From positions 202,988,001 to 203,052,000 of the forward strand of contig OX597814.1 in the NCBI GenBank assembly GCA_951406725.2: a stretch of DNA of 64,000 bases, in the 5' to 3' direction. Source of the stretch: Octopus vulgaris. Taxonomy: Eukaryota. Under the pieces are notes generated by a model that did no database searches, was not told the origin of the DNA, and worked only from the letters and a program-made list of their open reading frames with translations. Below, piece by piece: positions 12,930-27,238 of this stretch. The position numbers and the translations under genes were made by a program. The stretch's first letter is position 1; each line of letters starts with the position of its first letter.

Positions 12930-13539
12930 TATATATATATATATCTGCCTCTTCCCGCTTCTTACAAGTACATACGCCAACATGCTTCATACTACTACTT
13001 CATACTGTAAACATGTTCACCACACACAATATACATTTCTTAATTGAAAGCTAGTAGTAGCCACCACTATTCTTCTCCATTCTCTCTTGCTTTCTTCATG
13101 AATAATTTTTTCTCCTGGCTTGACTAAAAATATTTCCCCACCCTCTTCTCTCCACATCTTTCTTTTCAAATACCACTCCCCTTGCTAATTTCTGTGATTT
13201 GGCCAAAATAGCTCTATTGAATATTACTAGTCAAATAACCTTGCTTAAATTCCTCATTCTTCTCACTCTCTTATGTTGTCTTATTTTTTCCTTTTTCTTT
13301 TTCGTAACCCTAATTTCTCTCTACATTTATATTCTCCACTCCTGTTCTTTCTACACATTCTGATTCTGAATCTTACATGTGTTATCACGTACCTCCTTGC
13401 AACGATGTAAACCTTCATTTAATCAAGATATCCTTGCCCTGAAGAGTAGCCTGCAATATACACCTCACTTGGATATTTACCACATCTGAGGTTCCACTCC
13501 TATATGTAGCCCAGATCTTATCAACTCCATACCTTAACA

Positions 13540-13545
<6 letters not shown>
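12930..13545 (+). mobile_element. Degraded Penelope-like fragment
   Basis: 3' part (gatatccttgccctgaagagtagcctg...ccataccttaacactt) homologous to 10251-10376; flanked by (TA)n. Confidence 0.4.
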
Positions 13546-13573
<28 letters not shown>

Positions 13574-13736
13574 AATATTCTATAATTATAAACATAATTA
13601 TAACCAGGGGTCAGCTAATTGCTTCGCCACTCACTGAATTTTAAAATAGGAGTTAAAATGTCTTTTCTGTTACCATAAAGATCTCCCAAACAGTATCACA
13701 CTTTTTTACATAGTGATATATATATACACACACACA

Positions 13737-13948
13737 CAGGGTGCCCGAGAAGTCACACACCACCCTGGTTTTATAAAAAAAATACACCCTTATTGATTTC
13801 AAAAACACTTTATTGAAAATAATCATAACAAATGCTCAAATTGAGCAGCCTCAATAATAAAAAAATGCATCAGTTATAAAAGTAAAATGAATTGCATGAA
13901 TAATTTTTAATGAAAACCAGAATGGTGTGCGACTTCTGGGACACCCTG
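13737..13948. mobile_element. Tc1/mariner-like MITE
   Basis: ~37-bp TIRs CAGGGTGCCCGAGAAGTCACACACCA / TGGTGTGCGACTTCTGGGACACCCTG followed by TA. Confidence 0.8.
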
Positions 13949-15437
13949 TATATTACTGAGACATTACTTTATGGCTAGATGCCCTTTCTGGTTATTAACC
14001 CTTCCTCAAATAAAGAATAATTTGCTCAATGCATCATTGTGAGTGCAAAACAGTGCTCAGTTTATCAACTGGGGAAATGACAATGTCACTGCTTGTGGCC
14101 CAGCAATTTTCAAAGAAATACAAATGCAAACAAACACACACACGGGGCTTCTTTCAGTTTCCATTTTCTGCATTACTGCCAATTTCCACAATTTGGCCAT
14201 AAGTAAATACACCATAAACATTGGAATTTTTAGGTATTTCCTTCATTTTTAGGTATTTTCTTCAGGACTGAGCAGTTGATTTCTTATGTTGTGACTTAAA
14301 AATGAAATCTTTCACAAAAACCATGAAAATTCACAACTACAGCATTTATTCTGAATTCTACCAAAATTTCAGAACCAACTTAAAACTTTTTTTTTTTTTG
14401 TTAATGAAATAATAAAAAAAGACTGATAATTTCCTCCTATTCTTAATTATATTTAATTTAAATATAGATTTTTTTTTTAAATCAATCAAGTAGATTGCTA
14501 ATGAAAATCTATGCATGAGTAAGATGAATATTGTTTGACTTGGTACCATTGTGTTTGTAGTGTTTAACAAAAATTCTTTGATTTAGATTTTATTTATTTA
14601 TTTATTTGATTTTGGTTTAATTAATATGTTGCATAGATATGCTCTAGAAATATAGACTGTGTTGAATAATTTAATCATAATGAGAATTTTAGTTGTAGCT
14701 TTCTTGGTTTTAATCATATTAAGAAAATTATGGCAAAATCACATGAGGAAAATAAAGATGGTGGCATGAGAAGAATCAATGAAATGATTTAATTACTACC
14801 ACAGAATGGGGAGAAAGTTTCAGAAAATGTTAGAAAATTTAAGATAAGAGAAGAACAGAACAACATATTTATTAGGCTCAGGCAATGGAAACTAGTTTGT
14901 GTTTTATTAAAATGAAGCCACTGATGTAGAAGTTGTGTTAATAGGGGATCATAATCAGAAACTGTTTATGGATAGTAGTTGTAATTGTTATCTTGGGATT
15001 TCATTTGAATAATTTTAATAGACTGATAAAGAAAATACCATTATCGTCAATCTTTAGTCATTACTGTTAATAGTCCTAGGATTCACAGGGCTGGTTATCT
15101 GCTTTCCTGGTGACCGAGATTAAAACATTTCCCCCTGGATAGGATACCAGTCTGTCATAAGATGACTCATTTACAGATGAATAGACAATGTGAAATTAAG
15201 TGTTTTGCTCAAAAGCACCACAGACCACCCAATCCAGGAATTGTAAAAATGGTAGCTGCAACACCCTAACCATTGGGACAGGTGGCTTCACTAATTAAAC
15301 AAGGTTGATTAAGTACTAATTATGTTTACATCCTCAGTTATGGGATTTTTCAGGGGGGCAAGGGGCAGGTGTTTCATTTTCCTTTCACTTGTAGAGTGTT
15401 TTAGTGACCAAAATTATTTCTTTTACATATTGTAAAA

Positions 15438-15710
15438 GCCTTGTCTGGCACCTGTGTCGGTGGCACATAAAAAACACCATCCGAGCGTGGCCGTTCGCCA
15501 GCCTCGTCTGGCACCTGTGTCGGTGGCACATAAAAAACACCCACTACACTCACGGAGTGGTTGGCATTAGGAAGGGCATCCAGCTGTAGAAACACTGCCA
15601 GGTCAGACTGGCCTGGTGCAGCCTTTGGGCTTCCCAGACCCCAGTTGAACCGTCCAACCCATGCTAACATGGAAAGCGGACATTAAACGATGATGATGAT
15701 GATGATGATG
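15438..15710 (+). mobile_element. RTE 3' UTR/tail
   Basis: Two ctggcacctgtgtcggtggcacataaaaaacacc repeats, GGAAGGGCATCCAGC, (GAT)n tail. Confidence 0.85.
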
Positions 15711-15784
15711 ATTGTTGTTGTCTTTATGAAGGGATTTAGATTTAGACTTTTTAATCTTTCTTCATTCATTAGATTTCCTCTAAC

Positions 15785-16200
15785 CTTGTCATTCATTCAT
15801 TGTTCGACCATGATTGAGACAATGGAATTTACTATGTTACGCCAGACTTCACGGTCCATCATAGCATTGCAGTGGTCCCGTTGCTGGATGCCTGTATCCC
15901 TGGAGATTACATCAGGGTAGGAGAGTGTGCGCCCTCTGGTATCGCGAGCAGATGGCTTCCAGAGGAGAAGAGTAGAAATTACCTCGTTTTCAGCTCTACA
16001 ACTATGTCCAGCAAACTGGACTCTTCCTCCTTTCACAAGAGACGATACAGGTGGTAATTTCCCATATATTTGTACTTTGGTTGTATGACGCTTCCATGAG
16101 AGATTTTGAGCTCTCATAAGGAGACAAGTGTAAGTTCCATCCAACCATAGACTGTAGAGTATTACAGTCAACAACATTCAACATTATTCTCACCTGTTCA
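15785..16200 (-). mobile_element. RTE-clade LINE 3' fragment (RT C-terminus)
   Basis: ORF 15797-16177 contains VQFAGHSCRAENEVISTLLLWKP...GRTLSYPDVISRDTG...AMMDREVWR, typical of RTE ORF C-termini. Confidence 0.8.
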
Positions 16201-17949
16201 TTTGAATTCCTTTAGATATTCTTTTTTATGGATCAGTGAGGAGGAAACAAGCATGAACTTTCAAAGATCTCCAAGGATGACAATATGCTATGCAAAACTA
16301 TATAAAAGGTGCTTCATACAGTCGAGTGTTGCAAGTTGCATGGCTGGTCTCTCTCTATACAATGTATCCCCAATGTTGTTGTGTGTCATCTCAACAATGA
16401 ACCCCACATATTTGATTTAATCTCTTCCTTTGTTACAAGTGCCTTTAGCTGTCTGTGCTTTTTGGTACTTTTGCACCTCACATTCTGCATACAATTTCAG
16501 CTCATGTCTAAATGCAATACAATCATATCTCCTGCTTCTATCAACTGACATCATTAATTCCCAGTTACTTTTATCATCTCATATTTATTGGTGTTTTTTC
16601 GGTTGCATTGTTCCAGTAACTAAACTGCAGCCATGCTGGGGCACAATTTTTATGGGTTTGGCCAAACAAATCAACCCCTGCACTTGTTTTTAAGTCTGGT
16701 ACTTATTCTGTTGGTTTCTTTTACCGAACTGCTAAGTTACTGGAACATAAACAAACCAATAAAGGTTGTCAAACTGTGACTGGTGAACAAACACAAAATT
16801 CAAATACAAAGTGCATGTCTATCAAATCCATCCGCAAGGCATTGGCCAGCCTGGGGCTACAGTAGAAGACCCTTGCCCAAGGTGCAGCACAGTGGGGCTA
16901 AACCCAAAACAAGCGATAGCAAAGTGAACTTCTTAATGACCATTCTTAGAGATATGTTAACCATGAATATATGTCAGTATGGATGTTTCGACAGGAAAAG
17001 TAACTGTTTCATATTTTAACCCTTTTCTTACTCTATTTCTGCCTTTGATTAATTTTGAAAAGAATGAAAAAATTATTGAAATATGTTCGTCAGTATTAAG
17101 CTGGTGTTATAGAATTTCAATGGAAGGTTTTAATTACGATCACTTTAAATGAAAAACAATGATGATATTTTGTTTTGATTTCTTGTGAAGAGATTAGGGT
17201 CCAAGCAAGACTGACGTAATTCATAACTGATTCTTGATACCTTGTTGTTGTTCTTTCCTTTGTGTTGGCCAAATGTACTTTCCCGAAGTAAAGCATGTTT
17301 AAGCCTGGTTCTGTTATCATTTCTCTCTTTTATGTACATTGTAAACAAAGATAAAATGCAAAATTTCTAGTATTTGTGCATATTGCTGTGTTTGTGAGAT
17401 ATATTTATGTTGCTAAATACGATGGAAACATGTATTTGATGTTATCTGGTGCTTCTGCTAAGAAAGGAAACGGTAGATGTGTTGATAGGTGAGGCACTAA
17501 TTTGAATTTCTGCTGTTTTGGAGCCAGAATTCTAAGATGATTTATGTAAGGTTGGAGTTGTTATGCAGCTGAATCTGGAGATTGGTTGGAGGATATGTTT
17601 TGGAGCCGTGTTTCTAAGTTCACAGATCAGTGATCAAAACAAACACACTGTTAGAAGCAACACAGAGATATAAGGTTCACAGATTTTATCAACGATACCA
17701 CAATCACTAATATAAACATTGCTGTGTGCGTGTGTGTGTGTGTGTACTGAACAAAATAACTGGGGATGCTGCTTCCAAGGCAACATCATAAAATACAACC
17801 CAAGTTATACAAGTAATGTAAAAAGTAGCAGATAATTACGTAAGAGATAAACATATGGTTTTGAAAAAGTGCAGAAGTATAATTCTCATAAATATTATTT
17901 ACACAAACTATGAAGTATATACATGTATGTGTATATTAAGCCTTCAGTA

Positions 17950-18000
<51 letters not shown>

Positions 18001-19269
18001 CTAATGTAGGATAAAATTTTTTCGAAAAAAAATTTTATCAATGGCCAACATATTAAAAAATACCTTTAAAGGTTAAATTATATATATATATATATTGTTA
18101 TATTTCGGAATGATCGTTTTGCCAGTTTAGCCAATAAAAACACACACAAAATTTTTTATAATTATTAGTATAATTATAATTAGGGTTCAGCAAAAAATTT
18201 GCTTCTCCGCATACTGAAATTTAGAAATAGCAGTCAAAACTAGCTATTTCTCTACCATAAGAAAATGTCTCAGACAACAATACTCAACAACTTACGTAGG
18301 CGCAAAGAGAAAAAATAACAATATATATAGGTACATATATACTCGTATCGAACAGTGAGAACGAGGATCCAATACTGTATTGGTGGATAAATATTCTTTA
18401 TTTGTGGGTTAACAAGGATACCAATGGTTTCATGCGAAGGGAGATTTCTTAACAATTATCAAACCTGCCAAATTCTCATCCCAAATGAATAAGGATGTTA
18501 AAACAGACATTCAGCCATAGAACCCTTGCCAAAACTAAAATATGGGAGCAGAATACTGTCTTATGGTTTATTGGATCCTGCTGAACAGTCCAATCCATGA
18601 CAATATGGAAAATGAACATAGAATGATGATGGTGTGTGTGTATGTGTCTTTATATGTATGTGTGTATATGTAAGCTCGAAATGTAAAAGACTTTTCCATT
18701 TTTCCCAAGCATCAAACTAATACACTTACTTGTTGTTCCTACACCTGTCTTCATCTTTATTTTTCTATAATTTTGAACACATACCACCCACCACACCACC
18801 ATACCACACCACATCACACCATCCACACATGCACACACGCACACGTCAAGGTCACCAGCCCCCTTCCACATGCACATACACACTCTCACATACGCACATG
18901 CACACACACCTTTGTTTTATTTATATAATCTTTTATTAAATTCCCTCTTAAATTGAAATGTCTTCGACTTACTTCTGTGCTATTTTCACCTCAAAAAAAA
19001 AAAGATATATAAAGAATCTTCCACCCTTTTCCTAATGCTGCCCAAAGAGTCTGACTTAACCAAAACACAAACCCACCCATGACAACCGATGTTGATGTGT
19101 TTATGTCCCCATAACTTAACAGTTCAGTAAAAGAAACTGATAGAATAAGTTCTAAGCTTACAAAGAATAAGTCCTGTCCAACTAAAAGATGGTGCTCCAG
19201 CATGGCCACAGTCAAAACGACTGAAGCAAGTAAAAGAATATATATGTAGATAGATATTCTTTTAATTTT

Positions 19270-19640
19270 CTTTTACTTGTTTCAGTCATTTGACTGTAGC
19301 CATGCTGGAGCGCCGCCTTTAGTCAAACAAATTGACACCCCAGGACTTATTCTTTGTAAGCCTAGTACTTATTCTATTGGTCTCTTTTGCCGAATCGCTA
19401 AGTTACAGGGACATAAACACACCAACATCAGTTGTCAAGTGATGGTGCAAGAACAAACACAGACACACGCACATACATATATATATGTATATATACGACA
19501 GGCTTCTTTCAGTTTCCGTCTGCCAAATCCACTCACAAGGCTTCTTTGGTAGGCCCGAGGCTATAGTAGAATACACTTGCCCAAGGTGCCACTCAGTGGG
19601 ACTGAACCCGGAGCCATATTTATACATTCTACTCCTGCAC
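19270..19640 (-). mobile_element. Family A tRNA SINE
   Basis: Complete tail-body-head match to the other copies. Confidence 0.85.
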
Positions 19641-20800
19641 CTATATCTATACATTCTATTTTAAGTTGTTAAAGATATATACAATGCATATTATTTCAAT
19701 ATATTTAATGTATAAATAGTTTGTTGAATATTTGCTCTGTGGATTTTTATAGATCCACATTATTCTTATCACTTGCTTTAATTTTGCAAGTAAAAAAAAA
19801 ATGGTTGAAGAAGAGTTTACATGATTTTCCTTGAAGTTGAATCTCTCTTTCAGCCTTTGATAAGTGATACATGTGAACATGTGCATCACTGCAAATAGAT
19901 GCCTTTGCTTGGAATGAACTCTCACACACGCACGCACGCACGCACGCACGCACGCACACACATATATATGCACACACTTTTATACTTTTATATCAGTTAA
20001 AAAAACATTATTACTTTTTATTGCTCATTTATACATGCATTGTTGTTCTGTTAATATTTTTATATATGTGCATTGTTTAAATTATATACAGACACTGATA
20101 CACACACTCACACACACACACACATTAATACAAAATTATATCTTTTGTGTTATAATTAGTTTTTTATTGCTCACTTGTATGTACAAAGTTTTTCCTTTTG
20201 ATATCTTTTGCCACTATATATAGTTTGAATTACGCACATACAAATATACATTCATGTATACAAGTATATATGTATGTATGTATTTGTGTGTGTGTGTGTG
20301 TGTATATATGTATGTATATATGTGTGTATATATGTGTGTATATATATATATATATAGACATACATATAGACACGCACAAAGTGGTTTCAAAAAATGCACA
20401 CAGCTACAATTATATCCTTTTGTCTAAGGAAACAATGTTTCGTTATTGTTTGAAGAAAAGCAAAGATGTATTAATTTAGAATTTAAAGGTTAAGATTTTG
20501 TTTTGAATGTATGAAAATCAGGAAAGAAAAAATTAAACTAGTTTTCTGAACCCTTTACAATGCAAATACCAATTAGACATTGGAATCTGGAGTTCTTTAA
20601 AACTCCAAGAATTCTTTTGATTGATGTTCCATTATTTTTGGTATTATATTGTTGTCTTGAAATTTTCAATTTCTGATTCTTTCATTACAAACAATATCGT
20701 TTCAGTAGATATAATATTCCACAGACAGGCATGTAGAGATTTAGAAATTCAGACTTCTTAATCACTCAATAAGTAAGCTGTGTTATAAATTTATGTACAA

Positions 20801-21420
20801 AGCAGGGGTTGCTGTGTGGTAAGTAGCGAGGGTGGCGATCTGGCAGAAACGTTAGCACGCCGGGCGAAATGCTTAGCAGTATTTCGTCTGCCGCTATGTT
20901 CTGAGTTCAAATTCCGCCGAGGTTGACTTTGTCTTTCATCCTTTCGGGATCGATTAAATAAGTACCAGTTACGCACTGGGGTCAATATAATCGACTTAAT
21001 CCATGTATCTGTCCTTGTTTGTCCCCTCTGTGTTTAGCCCCTTGTATGTAGTAAAGAAATATGTAAGTAGCTTGCTTACCAACCACAGGGTTCCGGGTTC
21101 GGTCTCACTGCATGGCACCTTGGGCAAGTGGCTTCTGCTATACCCTCGAGCAGACCAAAGCCTTGTGAGTGGATTTGGTAGATGGAAACTGAAAGATGCC
21201 CATCGTGTATATATATGTGTGTGTGTGTTCGTGTGTGTGTCCCCCTCCCAACATCACTTGATAACGATGCTGGTGTGTTTACATCCCCCGTAACTTAGCA
21301 TTTTGGCAAAAGAGACCAATAGAAATAAGAACTAGTCTAACAAAGAATAAGTCCTGGTGTCAATTTGTTCAACTAAAGGTGGTGCTCCAACATGGCCATA
21401 GTCAAATGACTGAAGCATAC
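20801..21420 (+). mobile_element. Family A SINE with a nested Nin-domain SINE (20828-21062, TSD gtaagtagc)
   Basis: TSD at 20819-20827 and 21063-21071 interrupts the tRNA-like head gctgtgtggtaagtagcttgcttacc. Confidence 0.9.
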
Positions 21421-21499
21421 AATGAAAATATTTCTTCATATTGACAAGTGAGAAGTTAATGATACATATACGTGTGTGTATGTGATTTTTATCGTTTAT

Positions 21500-22345
21500 T
21501 TGTTTCACTCATTAGACTGTGGCCATGCTGGGGCACTGCCTTCAATTTTTTAGTCAAATCAATCAATCTTAAGCACTTATTTTATTTTTTTTTACTTTTA
21601 GCCCGGTACTTATTATGTCATTCATTTTTTGCTGAAGCGCTAAGTTACAGGGACATAAACACACCAACAATGGCTGTCAAGAAGTGGTGGGGGAACAAAC
21701 ACAGGCACCAAGACAAACACACACACACTCACCATCACATACACATTCACACACACTCACCTTCTCACACAAACGCACCCTCACTCACACTCTCACCCTC
21801 ATACACCCACACACACACACACTCCCACACATATGACAGGTTTCTTTCAGTATGCTTGAATATATATTTTATGTAGTATATCCTTGGTTATGGTTGGTCA
21901 GAAAGTTACCATTGGTCACACAATCTACTCTTACACTTGGCAATATCGGTGACTCATCAAAAATGCTGGCCAGAGGCACATAACCTCAGTCTTGGTCAGT
22001 TTACTCTTGTACTTGTTTCAGTCATTTGACTGTGGCCATGCTGGAGCACTGCCTTTAGTCGAGCAAATTGACCCCAAGACTTATTCTTTGTAAGCCTAGT
22101 ACTTATTCTATCGGTCTCTTTTGCCAAACTGCTAAGTTATGGGGACATAAACACACCAGCATCAGTTGTCAAGCAATGTTTGGGGAACAAACACAGACAC
22201 AAACATACACACACACACACACGACGGACTTCAGTTTCTGTCTACCTAATCCACTCACAAGGCTTTGGTCAGCACAAGGCTATAGTAGAAAACACTTGTG
22301 CAAGGTGCCATGCAGTGGGACTGAACCCGGAACCATGTGGTTTGG
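21500..22345 (-). mobile_element. Two family A SINE copies (21500-21850 partial, 22005-22345)
   Basis: Same tail/body motifs on the minus strand. Confidence 0.8.
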
Positions 22346-24427
22346 TAATATTTTATTTTTTATCAGCAGAAGTTACAGAGTTATCAAACTCTGTGAATGC
22401 CATGCATGAAACTCTCAGCTCTTCAGCTAGATTGTAACTTCTATGATAATCATCACCATTTAACATTCTCTTTTCCTGCTGGCATGGGTTGGATGGTTTG
22501 ACAGGAACTGGCAAGCCAGTAGACTGTGCCAAACTTCTACTGAATGATCTGGCATGGTTTCTATGGTTGGATGCTCTTCTTGAAGCCAACCACTGTACAG
22601 TGTGTACTCAGTGCCTTTTATGTGGCACCAGCAGCAGCTGGATACCCTTCCTAATGCTAACCACTTTGCAGAGTGTACAGGATACTTATTACACGGCAAC
22701 ACATACATACAACTGGTTTAAAACGGTTTCTATCCACCAAATTCGCCCACAAGGCATTGATTTATATGCACTAAGTGCTGCCCTGTAAGACTGGACTTAA
22801 AAACACATGGTCGCAAAGTAAACTTTTTAACAAGTCATATCTGTAACTTTCAAAATAGAATATGTATATTAAAATCCTTATAGACATTTACCTAATTCTG
22901 TATAATCAAATGCATTTTGTTTTTTTCTATTTTTACTCCTCCCCCTTCTCTCTCTCTTCTTTAAAGCAAGTTCTGTATAAAACACATGAGAAATAAATAT
23001 ATGCTTTGTGGTGAAGATAAAAAAACATATCTCTATGGTTAATTTGATGGTGGAAATTTGTGATATCTTTTGTCTGTTTGCTGTCTATGTTATCAGCCTG
23101 TAATGCCACTATTGTCTCTGTGTGATCAAACTGCTGTGATATTTCTATGGGCAGTTTCTGATTTTTTTAATTTTTTTTTTGCTATTAGCCTGTGATATCT
23201 GACATCTGATGGTATTTAGTTGAGATGAATCCCAATCAGGCACACAGACCTATGATGATCAGACATTCCAGCCATGACCATCTCGTCTTTATCGACATAG
23301 TTCTTCTCAAACTACAATATATTCTTAAATTTTTAAAAGGTGGTCTCCTGCAATTTCTGAAAGATTTGGATGCTATTTCTTGCACCCCAACTGACCATCT
23401 TAAAACTTCCCATGTTTTTCTAATGCTTGTCATGTTTGTACAGTGACAAAAGATTTGTGCTTAGACTATCAACAAGAAGTTTGCCATTATTATTCAGTTT
23501 TAAATTGCTGTTTACAAATCTTACGTTATACATAATAACCACATCCTATTCAAATATTCTCTCCACTTCTATAGTTATCTTGTCTCTTACTATTAATTCC
23601 ATTATACTTACTACATAATTTATCTCTAATTTCCTCTTCCAAGTATATATGTTTTCCTGTTATAAATGTGCTTTCATTCATCTAGAATATATGTAATTTA
23701 TCTAAATAATATATTGTATTTAGCATACAGTGCCAGTATCTTCCATTTACTCTTTTATTTGTAGTGCTAGTAATTTTACTCGGCACATTTTCTGCTTTAC
23801 TATTTCCACTCTCTTGAGAGATATGTCTCATGTTCCCCATATATATGTCTATGTGTATTCCCTCACATTCATACACATACATATCTATATATATATATAT
23901 ATATGTATATACGTACATTTTTTTTTTATTAGTAAATCCTTAGATTCATTCATAATACTTTGCTGGCAGAAATCTATGTTAAATCTCTTCGGCCCTTTCT
24001 TTGACATTTTCTCAAAGTTCCCCACCATTTTGTGCTTTTAAGTAATTTTGGTGATTATAGTGAATCACTTAGAAATAGATATGCAATCAGCCATCAAAAT
24101 TTATCTAAGTTCTGTAGCCTAAAAGCAACTCATCATGTTAATATGAACTGTGACTTTTATAATTCATTTTGAACTCTTAAATTGCTTTCTCTGTATAGAT
24201 CTTCCTACTCCATAGAAAATAGAGATTCTGATGAGATTCTGTTAGTCCAATACAAAAATCATAAAATTTTAACTCTTGCATGAATTTGGATGAAACTTAT
24301 AACATGATGTAATCATTGTCAGTGTATATTGTGAATATGGTTTTCACATGTTGCCATGTCACTTTCACTTGCCCAAGTAGATTGAATAAAGTTAATTAAT
24401 TATACATACATTTTCCCACATACATAT

Positions 24428-24765
24428 ACAAGTGTCTTCTACTATAGCCTCGGGCCAACCAAAGCCTTGTGAGTGGATTTGGTAAACAGAAACTGAAAGA
24501 AGCCTGTCGTATATATGTGTATATATATGTGTGTGTGTGTGTGTGTGTATATGTTTGCGTGTCTGTGTTTGTCCTCCCAACATCACATGACAAATGATGC
24601 TGGTGTGTTTATGTCCCCATAACCTAGCAGTTCAACAAAAGAGACCCATAGAATAAGTACTAGGCTTACAAAGAATAAGTCCTGGGGTCGATTTGCTCGA
24701 CTAAAGGCAGTGCTCCAGCATGGCCGCAGTCAAATGACTGAAACAAGTAAAAGAGTAAAAGAGAG
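24428..24765 (+). mobile_element. Family A SINE (5'-truncated)
   Basis: caagtgtcttctactatagcc...ggcagtgctccagcatggccgcagtcaaatgactgaaacaagtaaaagagtaaaagag. Confidence 0.85.
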
Positions 24766-24799
24766 TATATAAATTCTTGGGCATTGATTCAGAGCTTAA

Positions 24800-25087
24800 T
24801 TTTTGCTTCTGTTGTCTCTGTAACTTAGAAATTGCATAATTTCATCAGAAAGAGCATTTACTTTCATCTTTTATATCAACGTAATGAAGATGGTGTTACC
24901 TTGTTGCTGCACATAACATGTTAACTTATCACTCATCTTAGCAAAAAATTTCTTCAGGAAGATGTTGAAGAAAATATTTTGTTATTAAATTCAAAAGTTT
25001 AATAAGGCCCACATCACCAATGAAAACATTGGTGCAACAATCAACCATATGATAATACCATTTCTGCTCAACATCAATAAATACCAG
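24800..25087 (-). pseudogene. Ancient hAT-family transposase remnant
   Basis: ORF 24938-25198 contains MVDCCTNVFIGDVGLIKLLNLITKYFLQHLPEEIFC, resembling the hAT CTDGA..M.G...GL.KLL....HC..H.E.LC block; heavily degraded. Confidence 0.35.
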
Positions 25088-25100
25088 TATCATATAGATC

Positions 25101-25360
25101 GTGGAGGCGCATGGCTTAGTGGTTAGAGTGTCAGCATCATGATCGTAAGATTGTGGTTTCGATTCCTGGACTGGGTGACGCGTTGTGTTTTTGAGCAAAA
25201 CACTTCATTTCATGTTGCTCCAGTCCACTCAGCTGGCAAAAATGAGTAACTCTGCAATGGACTGGCATCCCGTCCAGCTGGGGAACACGTATCTCATTGA
25301 AACCGGGAAACCGGGCCCATGAGCCTGGCTAGGCTTTAAATGGGCACATTTATTATTTTT
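25101..25360 (+). mobile_element. Full-length tRNA-derived SINE (V/Meta-like body) with 13-bp TSD
   Basis: A box TGGCTTAGTGG, B box GGTTTCGATTCC, body ATGGACTGGCATCCCGTCCAG; TSD tatcatatagatc at 25088-25100 and 25361-25373. Confidence 0.9.
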
Positions 25361-26819
25361 TATCATATAGATCACTGGTGTGTATGATTGACTCTGAAAT
25401 ATCCCTCTATTTCTAGCCAAGTTCAAGCTCCCTTTCTCTAATTAAATCATTAGTGAATATATATACTAATAAATAAATCATTAGTAAATAATACCACTGA
25501 ATTCTTACTCAATGGTCTAAGTATGAACTGTCATGATGCTCAAAAACAGAAGGAAGAAACCAGAGAGATGTACACAATGATATGGTACATGGTACAAATA
25601 AGATGTCCTTTGATAGGAAGTCCTTTCTAAAATTAGGCTAAACTGTGTTTCTCTCACAGAAGATGGCTTAGTTCCTGATTTGCAGTCCCAAGCAGTGTTT
25701 GCAGTTACTTGTAGTACAGGACTTGGGGTTAGGATGTGTCCAATGAACCTTACAAATGTCATTTAGTCAGTTGAAGAATTTGACAACATTCCCTCTAAAT
25801 CTTCAGAAAGAAGGGATGATGTTTATGCACTCATTTTATAACACCAGGACTATCTATGGCTATGAAATAGGGATATCTTAGAACTATGAGGGCTATTTAT
25901 GATCAACAAATAAGGATATCTTTTGACACCTGACCCCTGTTGGTGAGTATCAAAAGGTATATATTTCAGGTGATTATTTATTTTATGTCACATTTTATGA
26001 ACAATTGCATCATTGGTTACAGACTTTCAATAAAGCCAATCAATAGTTCACTGTATCTACAACGGCAAGAGTAATAAAGGAGTGTTGATGCAACTGAAGA
26101 GGAACAAATACCTCCAGGGTGCTTTCTTTTTATATATTGTACAGCTTTATTGGTTTTCTCATTCATTGCATCTTTGTTCGATATATATTCAGAAAGATAT
26201 AGTCATACATATATAACAAATTTCCACTCACAAAATTAAAGTGAAGCTGTAATACAAGTTACTTTCCCAAGGTGCCACACTGTAAGATCAAAGCCGGGAC
26301 CATTATGAAGTGATCTTCATAACTACACAGCAGTACCTGTGCCCAAACAAACAAGAAATACTGAATTGATTTAGTATATCAGACCAAGACAAAACCCACA
26401 GAAAATCAATACACAGACATCCATATTTATGTTTGTGTGATAGTTAATCTTTTGATAAACTAGAAGAAATGATTTGACCAGTTCTTGAATCAATTTTCTT
26501 TAGTGTTGAATAGACGAGAGATAAATCTCCTTCTTTATAAGACACTAGCAGGTTATCACAAGTCAGAAAAAGTTGAATTTTAAAAGTATCTGAACTACAA
26601 TATGAAGAATAAACTGTCTCGTTCAGAGACATGTCAAACTACCTTCTGGGAACTGAACTTAGAAAGTGAAAGCTGGAATTCAATATCATATCAACTAAGT
26701 GGTGTCAACATCTACAGACTTAATACAATCATAAGTTTATAGACATTAAGCTTGTATATTGATAGTCGTCATATATTGTAGTGCAGGAGATGACAGCATT
26801 GACATCACTTAAAATAGTA

Positions 26820-27238
26820 GGGGCAGATGTAGCTGTCTTAAGAAGTTAGCTTCCCAAACACACGTGTCTGGGTTCAGTCCCACTGTATGGCACCTTTGGC
26901 AAGTGTCTTCTACTATAGCCTCAGGCAGACCAAAGCCTTGTGAATGGATTTGGTAGAAACTGAAAGAAACCCATCATATATATATATCTATATTTGTTTT
27001 TATATATCTATATGTATGTCTTTGTGTCGGTGTTTGTCCCTCACCACTTCTTGGCAACCTGTGTTGGTGTGTTTACATTCCATATCTTAGCACTTCAGCA
27101 AAAGAGACTGGTAGAATAAGTACTAGGCTTCAAAAAAATAGGTATTGGGGTCAATTCACTCAGCTAAGATTATCCAAGGCAGTGGGTGCTCCAGCATGAC
27201 CACAGTCTAATGACTGAAATAAGTAAAAGATAAAAGAT
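26820..27238 (+). mobile_element. Family A SINE
   Basis: Head-to-tail match to the family. Confidence 0.8.

Noticed and set aside
18005-18270. Conserved non-coding element (similar to 13600-13690 and 63856-63950)
   Set aside because: Recurs within the window next to (TA)n, so it is an unclassified dispersed repeat rather than a unique regulatory element.
25101-25175. tRNA gene
   Set aside because: A and B boxes are present, but the sequence continues into a SINE body with a TSD and has no proper acceptor stem; the same holds for 8785-8856.
25500-26820. Possible coding exons of a host gene
   Set aside because: Only short interrupted frames, no paired splice sites and no recognisable domain; probably decayed transposon sequence.
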